DNA from: Styela clava
Lineage: Eukaryota
Direction: 5' to 3'
NCBI RefSeq assembly: GCF_964204865.1
Contig: NC_135253.1
Location: 5,208,001 to 5,272,000, forward strand
Length of the DNA stretch: 64,000 bases
The notes under the pieces are model-generated. The model made no database searches and was not told the DNA's origin. It saw only the letters and a program-made list of their open reading frames with translations. The position numbers were made by a program, and so were the translations under genes. Of this stretch, positions 40,443 to 54,500 are shown piece after piece. Every line of letters starts with the position of its first letter. The stretch's first letter is position 1.

Positions 40443-40844
40443 TTGGTTGGACTTGTAGTCTTCTCCGCCCCTACCGATTAAAGTTAATGATAATTTTTTT
40501 TTACTTTAAATTGTATTCGGAAATAATATCTCATTATCACAACTGGAACATGACACCGTAGTCATTTAACCGTAAATATATACTACTACGATTTAACGTC
40601 TCTGATTATTCTTGCTGAAGAAACCACAAAAGCGTATTTCCGCTACACAGGATCGGATTAAGCCCCTTTGGTGCCCTAAGCACTAAAGACTTTGATGCCC
40701 CCTCAGGTTGGCTCGGTTGAGCCCTAATCCTGAGGGAGTGTGACAATAAAGATTCGTGCCTCCAGTCTCAACGTGAATCAAAATACCAAAGGATACAAGT
40801 CACAACTGTAGTTTGAAATTTTACCGGTACCTAGTAGTTTACCT

Positions 40845-41617
40845 CAGGGTGGTGTAAGGTTGCTAGGTTGAATGACCGCAAAACTTTTGAGGAGGTCTCG
40901 CGGGCCGAAAGTCGGAGAAAACCCAAAAGTGATCGAAATATCGCGAGTTTGCTTACTTTAAAATTAATAAACAACGAGAGTTTACCGTTCTAATCAGACT
41001 ATTATTATGTTGCATTGGGGGCGTTCTTTTAAAGAATATATATAAAGCCTTCAGTTATTTTAAAGTTAATTCCCGAGAATGACCGTTGTATTTTGCGCAT
41101 CTCACGTTTAATGCAGCTTCAAATTATATTCTTTCGTGGCAGATATTACTTGAAATCAAACCAGACACTGTGTGATGGGCAAGGAAATACGTTTAGTTTC
41201 CGCCGTGTTTTCTTTATGTCACCCTTCTTGCGACACTCATTTTATTACGAATTGTTATATTGAGTAGTTTGAAAACTTGCAGCGTGAGCAAGCTTAGTGC
41301 CATCGTCAAATACCAACCAAGTCCGTCTAAGTTGGTATTTCGGGACCTTGCTAAAGAAAAATGGATTGCGCGGCGTTAAGTCGGCTCTGCGTTTCGTCAC
41401 TACTGTCACGTGGCCGACGCTTAAAAACAGAGCAGTGATTTTACTAAAATAAAGGTACAAAGCGTTAGAAAAAAGGGGTTGAATCTCGGGATCCTAACCC
41501 CAGTTGGAATAGCTAAAAAACACTCAAAAACGTTCCTCCATTAGATACAAATATACGCTAAAATTGTTCTGTGAGCCGCACGGAATGTATCAGCATGACA
41601 GGGTTTGGGCCACCCTG
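40845..41617. mobile_element. Nested hAT MITE
   Basis: CAGGGTGG...CCACCCTG ends; TSD GTTTACCT / GTCTACCT. Confidence 0.75.
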
Positions 41618-41717
41618 GTCTACCTTATCAAAAAACTCCCGACTACGCTGACCACTAGATCGTTGAAATGCGATCATGGAACCGCCACATAGTGTAAATA
41701 GTTCATTGGTCCAATTG

Positions 41718-41943
41718 TTGGACACGTAGTGGACATAACGATCGTTTCAATATTATGTTGTTCCTGTTGTTTGACACAAAATAACACACCTAGTGGAAAT
41801 ATTAAAAAAACGCTTTTCTCTTCGAATACTGGACCAATTGCTTTGAAATTTTCAGTGGTTGAAGATAAAATATTTCCCCAGAAGGTAAACCGTACCGTAC
41901 TGCGAACAGACGTGTTCATATATTTGGGCGTAACTCTCTTGTT
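41718..41943 (+). mobile_element. HINE-like element, family 2 (nested)
   Basis: Same termini and core as 40001-40442. Confidence 0.7.
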
Positions 41944-43483
41944 GAAAATAAAAGAATTTTTTTAAAACAAAAATGCAGCAACAAGGAAAATGCTAGAAAG
42001 AAAAAACAACAACAATTCAAGAAAACGACTCATAGGCCCATTTCGTGTCAAATAAATGGGTTTCAGTGTTTATTTTTAATAAAGAAGGTTAATATGATAC
42101 TTGGAGACGAAAAATAAGCGAACATTTTGAAGTTTGAGTCGTCTGGTGAACTCGTAATATTTTAATAAACACCGATAAACTATATAAAATTCTGCTCTAA
42201 AATTTCTGTGGTGTCCCTCTTTGCTTGATGCCCTATGCACGTGCTTATATTGTTTAATGGTTAATCCGGCGCTGTCGCTACATTTAGTTCGGCGTTCTTG
42301 CCTCTATCCCGCTTTGATTTAAATGCATCGCAGCTTGCTTGACTTGCCTATTTGTTTACACTTTACAACTTGACTGGACTCTGAATCTAATCCTCTAACT
42401 TACCATAAAAATAGCCTGTGACTCAGCCAATACCAACAGAGACAAAACCAAGTGGCTTTAACTGTACTTTTATTGAACAATACGGATTCTGGCCTCATAA
42501 AATAGAAAGCAGCTTTTAGTAATGAAGAATTGTAAGTTAAAGTAAACATGTAAGTGGCATGAACAGATCCCATTCAAAATAGGGCTGTGCAAAATCAGAA
42601 ACCTCACGCTTCATACGACTGCATCAAAAGGGAAATCATCAAAGCAATTATACGATTTAGAAATTCAGACTAGCAATTACAAAAATCAGATTAATTTGAT
42701 AGAAATATCAACAATGGATAGGGCGCAAAAAATAGGTTAATTATCCAACTTCAAAACAGTTGAGCATCATGGAATTGACTTAAACCAAATTTGTACTATG
42801 TTTTGATACGATACAGTTTCATAAATCACGCAGTGAAAAGATTTATAACTGTGAATATTAGAGAATGTTCCCATCATAATTACGTAGATATACTACTGCA
42901 ATTCCTCACTATTCAATGTGAAAACACTTTTATACACAATATTTAAAGTTGAGAATGGTACACATATCGTGCTATATGTAAACTTACAATTTAGAACTAT
43001 ACTAAACTGTTTCGATAAATAAAATAATAATTTTTAGTATCACATTAAAATAAATATAACACACAAAGTCACCGGCATTGCTCATTTACATATTATATTA
43101 AATCAACTGACCACTCTAGCCCATTATGTACCGACATCTCTATTCCAGGAATAAGTCGAAACAAAGGGATCACGCTTGGAACGGAGTCAGTGGTTTTCTG
43201 TAGGTGGGCGGAGTGGTTTTAAGATTCAAAAAAGCAGATGCAGTGAGTCGATGATCAAAAAATGCAACGAATGTCAACTATATATAATAATATTAAATTC
43301 TAATAAAGAAAATAGAGAAAGAAAAGTCTGTAAACAGCGTAAAATATGTGGCATTGATCAACTGGGGTTAATTGACGATATATATATTCAAGTTCTTAGA
43401 AAATCAAAAGTTGATGAATAGGCAGAGCGAATGATACTGCATAATAAACCACCAATGTTGTTATGATGTATTCGTCGTTGCCC

Positions 43484-43570
43484 TCACCATGGTTGAGCCT
43501 TCAAAATCACTCTGGATTTGGGAGTGTAACGAGTGTATCCGAAAACATCCTCGTGAAGATACAATCCCAT
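43484..43570 (-). CDS. NOS: Candidate alternative (distal) terminal exon of NOS: MGLYLHEDVFGYTRYTPKSRVILKAQPW*
   Basis: Strong acceptor ttttgttatttttacag, phase 0; HEDVFG lies at the same offset from the acceptor as HEDIFG in the proximal exon; downstream AATAAA at 42469-42474. Confidence 0.75.
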   Translation of the reverse strand: MGLYLHEDVFGYTRYTPKSRVILKAQPW

Positions 43571-45094
43571 CTGTAAAAATAACAAAAATATACATAACTA
43601 CAATTATCAAAACGAAAGGGAAATGAGGAAACCCTTCTCAAACTTTGTACTGCAGCATTCCTACTGAAATATTTGTCAATCCGGGCATCAGGGGTAACAG
43701 AATTTTCAGATTTTTCATACTTTTTCAAGCAGAAACATTTTTTTATGAATATAAAAAAACACGATGACTTCCCCAATATGCAGAAAAATCATCGGATTTT
43801 AAGAATTTTAGTTAACTTTTAACATAAAACGTTGAAATGATACTAAAGAGAATAGAATTAAGTGGTACAAGCAGAACGTTCGTATTTGTGATCGAACAAT
43901 CGATTGAAATAAAATATATAACATAGAAGCATCCGATGTTAGTGTAAAGTAGATTGCGATGTATGAAACATTTTATTCAACAATATACTAACTAATGTTT
44001 GTGATATTCCATATGGTTGGAAAGAATTGAACTATTATTATAGAAAAATATTTTGCAAGTAAAAAACGTTCTCAATACATCGAATTCCGACTCGCAGTCA
44101 AAATGCGCTGCCCAAGTTTCCGAACATGACTCACGCAAATAACCATTCAATAAATTTCACCAACAAAACAGACAAATACAAACGGAAAAGTTCGTACCAA
44201 ACGAAGAAACAAATATGCTTGAATGCAACAATACATGAACGTAATAATAAACAAACACATATCTGGTAAACAGCATCTCAACAGAACATTTAAATGTAAG
44301 AAATTACTGTCTATTGTTATATGTATGCATTCGCTTGGAACATGCAAATTACATGACACGTCGAATCTAAGACCAACGAATAGATAGTTCACAATGGTCA
44401 TTGATACCGCCATAACGCTTTCCGCTTAATGTTAAATAAAATAGGACAACGGTTCCAAACTTTTTGTTCGTGCGCGTTCAGGGAAAAAACTAATGGCGCA
44501 CTTACACGAAAAAAATTGCAGCCTATAAAAATCCAATTTTGAGATCGTTAATGTGTACTTTATTCCTTTTATAGTTTGTAAACATGTAGGCCTAGCCTAG
44601 AGAATATAGGCTAAACAGCAACTTTTTTTCTTCATCTATGTATTATTTTCCTTTGACAAAAATCACTCATGTTCGCTGAACTCGGTTCCGCATTTAAATT
44701 TTCGGGGCGTACCAGTGGGAACCGCTGGGATAGGATTCATATATTTAACCTGTGGGAAATTTTTTTTAAATGTAGGCGAACCATACAGTAAACCATACAT
44801 ACAGCCCGTTCAGTATTCCAAGTAGGTAATGAAAATAGGCCTCTTGTATGTAAATATTCCCACGGAAATCGAACATGCGGATATTCATTAACATTGCTAA
44901 GGAAAGTCGTAATCGCTCTAATGTGAAAGTCAATAAATATGCGAAAGAACAAATCAATATAAGATTAATTAAGCAGAATGTGTGGAAAAAGAAGTATTAA
45001 AAAGCAAATTATTTCTACTACCCGATTGGGTATATTAAACTTACTACAATAGAAAGAAGTGTAGAAGATAGGTCTTGGGCAAAAGAGGGTTTAA

Positions 45095-45380
45095 AGCCAG
45101 GGGCCAAAAAATTTGCCCACTCAGACTGGCGGGCCACGTAAGTGTGACGTAAAAAGTTTCATTTTATGAACAATATTTACAGTGTTACAAAAGCAAAGTG
45201 GAAAACGATAAGCCTCGTGCCAAAACAAAATTTAATCATAATCTCAACAAATTGCTTGGGCTATTTTTGGCTAAAACATCAAAATTTGCCTTTGGTTTGA
45301 TTGTGGCAGCATCTGGTGGGCCAGATTGAAGTACCCAACGGACCAGATTTGACCCGCGGGCCGTAGTTCGCCCATGTCAG
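45095..45380. mobile_element. hAT MITE, 305-bp family, in the putative NOS proximal 3' UTR
   Basis: Inverted homologue of 48971-49276. Confidence 0.75.
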
Positions 45381-45564
45381 GTTTAAAGACATTGTGTCTT
45401 CATAGCGTTAAAGGTTATAATCGAGCTGTTTGCATCGCACGTTATTTGTAATTTTGTGAAGTGATTAGATAATTACACTAGCACAATCACATGCATGTTG
45501 ATCTATTTCTATTGCTTAATAATTATATTCTATGTCCATTGCTTCCATGCAACTTCTTACGCTT

Positions 45565-48500
45565 TTATTTCTTTTTCGAAGTGACGTGGCGCTGACGCAC
45601 GCTCTTGTTTACTTCGTACGTCCTCAAGGTGACGCCAAAAATATCCTCATGATATAAACCTTGCTCCTGAACATCAATAATACTTCGAAATATCGCATTT
45701 TTTTTTCACAAAATTATAAAACAAAGGTTAAATGAAGGTTAAAGAGTAAGTATAACTCGAATCCAACTGGTAGTTGAGAAGATCATCTTTAAGTCTCGTT
45801 GTTGTGGGTTTTACATTGCTAAAGTCGGAAGGCAGCTCATATTCAGGTACATATTGTGGGCACAATCCAGGGTACTCCCGTAGTATGTGAACTAAGATGG
45901 CGGACACCGGAACGTAGTATGTGTACCAGGTTAGGGTTAGGCCATAATTTTATTCTACAGGAGTACCCAATCAAGTGCACCCCCATGCCTTACACACTCT
46001 GTCAGTGATGATCTTTGACCCTACCATTTTATGTGTTTTGCAAATGTTTATAGCAAACAGATTTTCCATATGGGAAAACTAGATTAGCTTATCCAAATAC
46101 ATCATTTAGTGAAGGGTACCAACATGGTCGTCATTTGCCACATGAAATGTTGAAAATCCGAATAAACATACGGTATCTCACCTTCATTTTAGTCACATGT
46201 TCTCTAGCTTCCTTTTTGCTAATGTTTGCTTTCTTTTCCAAAACTTCCATTAGTGCATTGTTGACGTCATCAGCCATTGTGACGTCACCACATATGTAGA
46301 CGTGTCCGCTGTTCTTTAAAAGCCAGTCGTATGCTAGATCAGCTAATTGTTCTTTCAAAACATGCTGAACATATTGCTGTAAACAAGAAAATATTTTATC
46401 ATTTTATTTACAAGCCATTAACGGCCTAAAAAACGCCGGGATGCACTAAAAACATAATATGATAACCTTGGCGCAATGGTCTAGCATTGTCAGAGACTTT
46501 GCCACACATGTATCGTAAATTGAATTCATTATATACATGCGTAGTAACAAGTATATTGAGTATTATTTTTTACGTAGATTGTCAAAAACCAAACCAACTT
46601 TAGGTTGTCCCGGAAGTCTCGAAAAAGCCGTATGGTATTCAGTGATAGCTCCACAATTCTTAGCCTCCTGTATTTCATCCTTATATAAATGATCTCGATC
46701 TGGGTGACGACAACCGAAAAGTAAAGCAACTTCTCCGACTTGTTTTCCTGCAAAAATATTAGATTTTTGAGTTATATAATCCAGACAGTTAGTTATTCAG
46801 ATGATTTATTTAATTTATTGCAAAAGTTTAACTGAAAGATTGATTAAATGGCAAACTTTACCTTGTTTAATGTCGTACATCCTTTGTTGCCAGAAACTTC
46901 TGAATGGAGCGATTCCTGTTCCCGGACCAATCAATAAACATGGGGCAGAAGAATTTTTCGGAAGATGGAAGCTTGTGGCTCTGCAAAAGACAGAATATAG
47001 AACATAAATCTACTAGGACCACATCATGAATAATGTTATCAGAATAACACTTACGGCCTTATAAAGCAGCAAATATCCGATCCAAGTTCCATTCTATTCA
47101 AATAAGACGAACATACACCGTGACGTTTTGTTCCCGATCCCCCTGAGATGTGATAGAATGACATTTATTTCACTGAAAATCAGCTTTTAAGACTCTTCGA
47201 CTATTCTAGCGTTTAAACAGTCAACTACGAATTTCTTCTCTTGCAGTTGTGGTTTTTGAATTCGACGATGACGTCAAAATATTAAACTACATCTCTAACC
47301 GATATTTTTAATGTTTATCAAAGAATTAATAACATGCTTTGAAAGAACAAATTTTATCCATTCTTGTCCAATCCACATTTGTTGGACATTTTGGGGTACT
47401 CCCGTAGTTAGGGTAGGCCATAATTTTTTCCCGATTTTCCTTATTTTAGTTCTATTACGAGTTTTTAAGCTCTTTCTGTATTTGATAATACAGTCAATAC
47501 AGTAATACATACAATTTTTCTTACCTTGGGTATTGTAGCTAACAATAGCAACTGTGCAATGAACTTCGTTTGGATATACATCAGTAGAACTACTTATTGA
47601 ATAATATCTACATTGCAAAGGACTGAGTTGACTCAAGAGAAGAGATGCTTCTACTCGCACCGAAGGAAATTCCGCTAAAACTTCTGCCAAGTTTGGAAGA
47701 AAATGAAACTTCCATTCTTCGTATTCGGACTTTCCCTGAATTATAATTAAAAAGGTTGTTATGTAGCAATCAGAGAAGCGTGGTTCATAGAAAATATTTT
47801 ATTTTCGCGGACATAGGTTACCTAATTAGAATGAAATGAAGTAAATGAGCATAGATCACAATGAAGTAACAAGCTAATTGTGGGAAAAGTGTGGAACAAG
47901 TGTGGTAAAAGCGGGAAAAGTGTGGAACAAGTTGAAGCAGTGCGGAAAAACTGGAGTGCGGAACGAGTCAGAAAGATGTAGAACAGTTAGAAGTTTGTTA
48001 ACAAGTGGGAGGAATGTGAAACAAGTTGTAGAAGTCTGGTACAAGTGTGAAACAAATGGGAGAAATGTAGAACAAGTGTGTTAAAGTGTGGCACAACATT
48101 TTTGAGACATTCATTCTGAAGCACTCACAATTAAATTTTAAACTAGCAAATAGTTGTGTACACGTTGTCCACCATTCAACGTTGCAGTTGATAAATATAC
48201 ACGTATATTTGACGCTCTTAGAAAACGCTTTTTTTAAAACCATACAAAACTGTACATTTGTGTGAATAATACTATACCAGGTATGTGTATTAAGTTTGCT
48301 ACATCAGGCATATTTTGTGATAGTGAGGTAAATATACATGTTCATACACTCCACGAAAATGCACTAAATTTATACTGCAATGTATAATGAGGATATACAT
48401 GGCTAACTGTTATTACATAATAGATAAATACCCAATGTGTATCCCAGGCAAAAAATAGGCTATATTCGATTACGTAGTCCGATTAAATATTCAAGCGAAC

Positions 48501-51500
48501 TATTGCGCATTGGATTACCAGTCCAAGTCGAGGTTACATGTTCAAGATGGATTTGTGTGGTGATATTTTGTCATGAATACTGATGCAAGCTTTCTGAAAG
48601 AAGAGTCTCTACTCGCTCCACTTGTACTACACTTATCGCACTTGCACCACGCTAGAAACACTAGTACCACCACACATGCATCAATTTTCTGGGTTGGGAT
48701 ATATATTAAATCTTGGATGATTGGTTAGTGATGAACATATAGAAGTGGTTTCATGGTAAGTACCGGTTTAGGACAGATATAATACTCAACTTTTTGTTTA
48801 AATGTACCAAACAATTTTTTTTTGTGTGTGGGGGGGGGGGCCAAGGTTTATTAGACTAATACGTTGCGTTCTATCATTTATTTGTTATTAAAAACTTTAA
48901 ATCGCCCATGTCGTGCAAGAGGTAATCATCATCATATCACCAAGCACTAAAACGGTATATTAGTCTAGCTCAGACATAGGCAAAGTACTGCCCGCGGACC
49001 ATCTCTGGCCCGTTGGGTAATTCAATCTGACCCGCCTGATGCTGTCACAACCAAACTTAAATCAAATTTTTATGTTTTAGCTAAAAATAGCTCAAACATT
49101 TTGTTGAGATTGCGTTTAAATTTCGATTTGGGCACGAGACTATTGTTTTCCATCTTTGCTTTGTAACACTGAAAATATTGTTCATAATATTTAACTTTTA
49201 CGTTACACTTACATGGTCCGCCAGACTAGGTGGGCAAAATTTTTGGCCCCTGGTTCAAAAACCTTGCTCCCTCCTGGTCTAGCTGGTGCTATACAATGTG
49301 TCATAGAATACTTGATCACAGAAAGCAAGTCACACAAAATTGACACACAAAATTTATCACTCACATCTCCACTATTCTGTGTAAAGTCAGCAGAAAGGAG
49401 GACGCAGCAATATGAACTTAAAAATTTTCTTCAATTAAACAAACGAATGGTAAACCTTTACCATTATATACAACACCAGCTTTTTAAGGTTTGAATAAAT
49501 ACTTGCAATGATATAACAATAAAGCATAGGCATAATAATTTAATTATTAATTATACCTTATTATGCACATGCTTTCCAGACATGTGTTTGTGCTAAGAGT
49601 AGATAGGAGATTTGTATGTAAATATTATATTCGGTGGCCTGACAAAAGGCGCGTACGAATTTGAGGTTCAAAGTACCAATCCGGCAACAATTAGGTGAGG
49701 ATTACGTTTTATGTTTAAGATAATCCTTTGGCGAAACCTCATTTTCGAATATCTGTATATGTATCGATTGATCAGATTTGAAAAATATAATCCGGATACT
49801 ATGATGAACTCGGTACGTTCAATAACTTGATTGATTCAAGAACTATTAGTTTGAACTATTGTTCGTATGAAAAAGAAAAAATTCCAACCTCTGAAAGCTC
49901 TAGCAGTCTTGCTTTCTCTTTGTCATCTGCAGCGCAATCGGCAAATATTTTCAATAGTTGTGGAGTAGGACAAGTTGTAATGTCGAAATAACGCTCGAAT
50001 GCAGTTCTCAATGTACAGGCAGGAAGACGTTTGTCTGGCAGCCAGTTGCTAATAACACCTGAAAAGAGATGAAAAAATTCCGAATATTTTCAACAATTTA
50101 ATATTTACAACCTTGAACTGATGCAGTAATAAACAATGAAAATTCATAGGAGTTACTCAAACATGGTTACGAACCCTAACTCAAAATAGAAAAACTATCA
50201 CTGTTAGTGTTTAAGTGACACTATTTGCTATTGAAGAATCGGTGATGGCCCAGTGGTTAAATCTTAAACACATCACTCAGTGTGTAATCAATTGGGTAGA
50301 CGATGCCGAACCGGAAAGATTTCGGTTCCTCAAAAAATAAGGTAGCTCCCCACATATCATATCAGTAACAGAATGTGCGTAGCCTTGTTAAGTGCAAAAA
50401 GCGTTTAACTGCGCGTCGTATAAAAAAAATAAAATAAACATTTCTAGCAAATTGTTACCAAGAGGCGTCGTTCGTTGTTCAAATATCTGTAGTTGAATCA
50501 ATGCTTTTTCATCCACTTTATCGTGAAGTCTCTCTAGAATCCCTGAGAAGATTAACAATAAAATAAGCACAAATATGGTAAACTTTTTCATTGAAATATA
50601 AATAGTTTAGCAATATAACATACGGTCAACAATTTCAGTTTGGTTACAGGGGTATATTCCGATGTGATCGCCTGGTAGATATTTGATTTCAGAAGAACTT
50701 GAAGAATCGAATTCAACAAGGATGGTGCCGCGACTGAAAAAGAAAATATCGTATAAATAGTGTTATCAATTAATAAATAAACTTTAGTCTTTTTTGGACA
50801 CGTTTAGTGGACATAACGATCGTTTCAAAATTTTGTTGTTATTGTTATTTGTCTCCATCATTTTTAAAAAATCGCTTTTCTCTTCGAATACTGGACCAAT
50901 TGCTTGGAAATTTTCAGTGGTTGAAGATAAAATTTTTCTTCAGAAGGCTATTACTTTTTTTTCGCTATGACGTCATCAAAATTATTGCCATTGGGTGGCG
51001 CTACGTGCCCATATATTTGAGCATAGCTCTCTTGTTTCGGTATATAAATACATTGCATTCAGCAGTTTAATAAGAACCAACTTGGTCCGGTAATCTAAAT
51101 AGTCTTCTGGTACAAGTTGGGACCAGAATCGTTAGCAATCTATGCCCGATCTATCATAGTTGTAGTAGTGTATACCTCATGTCAACTAACTATATAGGGC
51201 TGGGCATTTTTGAATACCCTGTGATTTCAGAATCGAATCGAATAATTTTTTCGAATCGAATCGAATCTCGAATACTTGGGACAATATAATTGTAAGCGAC
51301 TTTTCTAGAGTAATAGGTCCTCTTGCCACAGAATTATTGAAGACATAGAATACATCACTCAGTTGGATTACTGAGCGTTCACACACAATAACAAACACGT
51401 TTTATCAATAACTCAGTACAGAAATAATGTTATACGTTAGAATTGCGTTAAAAAATTATGACTTCAATGAACAAAAAATGAGGAATTCACCTAGATCATT

Positions 51501-54500
51501 GGGTGAAAGAAAAAATAAGATGGCGGCGATTCGAAATTTAGCTTTGAACCGATTCGAATAATTTACTATTCGATTCGATGCCCAGCACTACCCCTAACCC
51601 ATGCCTACCGTCCTACTACCGTACCGATACAGGTGCGGCATTAGGTTAATACTTCATTTACATATCGTGTGGTATCGTTTTTTTTTCGCCTGGTCACCAA
51701 CTGATGCTATTTCGATTTTTTTTTTATATAACTTGCATAGAAAAAAGTCTTCTTCAAACCGCGCCCAGGCGGTTCCTAACATCTGTGTTTATCGGCCTAC
51801 AGCTAGAGTTTTTCGACATTGAGTTGCGTTTATAATATGCCTAGTCATATTATTAAGCGATATTATCATTATAATCTGTATTTCTGCTTACTTTAATTCC
51901 TTGTACATGTACGCATGTACGCTTTTTTTCTCGTTATGTATTATCTCTTTATTATTTCTATGCCTTTATTTACATTTAAATCAATTTGTACATCGATTCC
52001 TCTATGATATAAATTAAATATAGGAATCTGAATCCGACAGAAAACGAGGCAAATGTGATTAATTCAATTTGTTCCGTTAATGTTATTATTTAGAAAGTAT
52101 AGCCAATAATTAAATTGATATGAAATATGGTTACTCACTCCTGTTCTCCAGATTGCAAGTTTGTTCGCTTCTTCAATTTACAGCCGGAAACCTTTTTCTT
52201 ATGAAAGTTGGAGAGCCCTAGAATTTTTTTTTAATTGCATGATGTTCCATTCGTCAAAATTATGTGATCTAATTTCATCCTTAAAATACCTTCCAACAAC
52301 GCTGGTTCCTCAACATCTTCCGGATCAACAGCTATCCGGAATTTATTTGGACTCCAACTCCTGTCTTGACCAGCTAATGACGCACTTGCAGCTTCCACAG
52401 AGACATCTTCACCAACGCAGAATGTTTCACAAGCAATCTAAAAAAATAACAATCCATAAAGTGAAGTTTTTTTCATAAAGTTTTTTTTTTCATTTTTGAC
52501 TATTTTGGAGTAGTTCTCTTACTTGAAAAACTTTCTTAGCCCAATTTCTGAAACTCTCTTCTTGTCCGCATAATTCGTCGCCTTCTCCAATTTCAAGCAA
52601 TCTATCTCCACTCAGTTCTCCGAGTAAAGTGTCGATAGCGTGAGCAAATGCACAAAAATGTGGGTAAGCTCTCGATCCAAGACCAAATACTGCAAATCTG
52701 TGGAACAATTGGTTAAATGTAATTGTGTACCAGGTAAATGTATAAAAATGACCATCGCTTGCTACCCCTTGTACCACATTATTAACCATTTGTACTAAAT
52801 GTACCACTTGTATCCCATATACCAATTGTATCACATATACCACTTGCACCCCATATATCAATTTTACTAAATGTACCACTTGTACCACATACACTAATTG
52901 TACCACATGTACCACCAGTACTACATGTACCCTTGGTAAATGGTATTTTTGAGACATCGCTTCTGTGGTATGATATTGAATAACAAAAATGAAAAGATAA
53001 ACTTTGACAACGCAGAAATGTTGAAAAATGAAAACCAATCAAGAGTTATTTATCATCATAATCCCCAAAGAACACAATTCCAATGTAAAGTTTTAAAAAT
53101 TCAAATACTCGGTTCCTGATAAAGTTGTCATTTACGCTGCAAGATAACGGCCTAAGCTAAATTTCAATTGAAAAAGTAAAAGTAATTTACAACCAACCAA
53201 CAGCATTGCTCACCGTAAATTAGCAAGAAGACCGGTAGCTTCACCAATATCGGGGAGATCAATCGGTTCCATTGCAACTGATGATCGACGTCTTACAGAA
53301 GGTGTTACATTGTGAATACTGGTGAATCTCGTTTTGTCAGTTCCCAAATTGTCTCTGAAATAAAAGAATAAAAAGAAATGAAAACTGAAGTTTTTTAAAA
53401 AATAATCAAATACGGAGAAAAAAAGGAAAAGACTCTCTAAATTAAATACTTGAACATAAATTTGAATTTTCTGAACTATTAGACCAATTAATATTTAACG
53501 TGAAAATATCTGTTTTTGACTTCCTGATGATAATTTCTCAGTATTGATAATTATATAAAATATGACTGGAAAGAATCGAATTTCAAATAATTTTGAAAGT
53601 ATTTGCATTTTACATTGTAGATTTCAGAACGAAAAGATCAATGTATATGTCTATATGAATATTACTATAAATTGTTATGTTTGACATTACCTATTATAAA
53701 ATAATTTTATATTCTATATTAGAATATGTACACGTTCAGAAGTGATTCGCCATAGAAAGTTAATCAGTCTTATTTACTAACAAATTTATAACATTGTTGG
53801 GTGGCAGTAAATCTAAACCTTCATTTGGCAATTGTTTTATAATCAATGGGAAATAGCAAAAACTTTATTAATCGATAATCGAAACAATCTGTAATTAGAA
53901 TCAGAATTGCTTGATTTCAGTGATTTTGTCGATATGACAAAAACTTGAGCGATACTTCAATTCTACTGGAATGTGTCAACACCTATGCTTCCAGGAAGCC
54001 TCTGTTCAAGTTACATTTGCCGACCAAATAGAAATGGAATTTGTCAGGTTGGCATAGTGCATATATCATTTTCAGATATTGGGTATATGCACACAAAACC
54101 TTATCCCTGTGATCTCAACATCTTTCAAAAAGTAATATTATGTACATTTAGATACAGGTTAACAAAATCTCTTCTATTTACCTATTTAAATCTACAACAG
54201 ATAATAAAAGAACTAAATCAATTGATATTTAATTGCATTATACAAATTTTCAGTATAATGCATCAATTACAACCGTTACAACATAAAACTAGTTTTCGAA
54301 GAGGTAGAATTAACTTCTGCAGAGCCTAATTCGATGAAAAATGTAACAATTATGTAAAATCAAGCTCAAACAAATTCGAAAACACTTTATCAAAAAATAA
54401 ATCACCAAATAAATTAAACCATAGAAAATATACTAAAATAAAAAAAATCAAAACCACCAAATTGCATATTTGTTCTGAATTAGCTTTAAATAAAATAACA

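Larger units (their letters stand above)
40648..42274. mobile_element. hAT (Tip100-like) MITE hosting two nested elements
   Basis: TIR CAGGATCGGATTAA / TTAATCCGGCGCTG; TSD CCGCTACA / TCGCTACA. Confidence 0.7.

Noticed and set aside
43382-43486. Stop-codon readthrough or selenocysteine at the TGA of the distal NOS exon
   Set aside because: TGA-G is not a leaky context and no SECIS was recognised.
52490-53038. 182-aa ORF with Val-rich periodic N-terminus fused to NOS FMN-domain sequence
   Set aside because: The N-terminal part is a translated intronic minisatellite; the real exon is 52523-52697.
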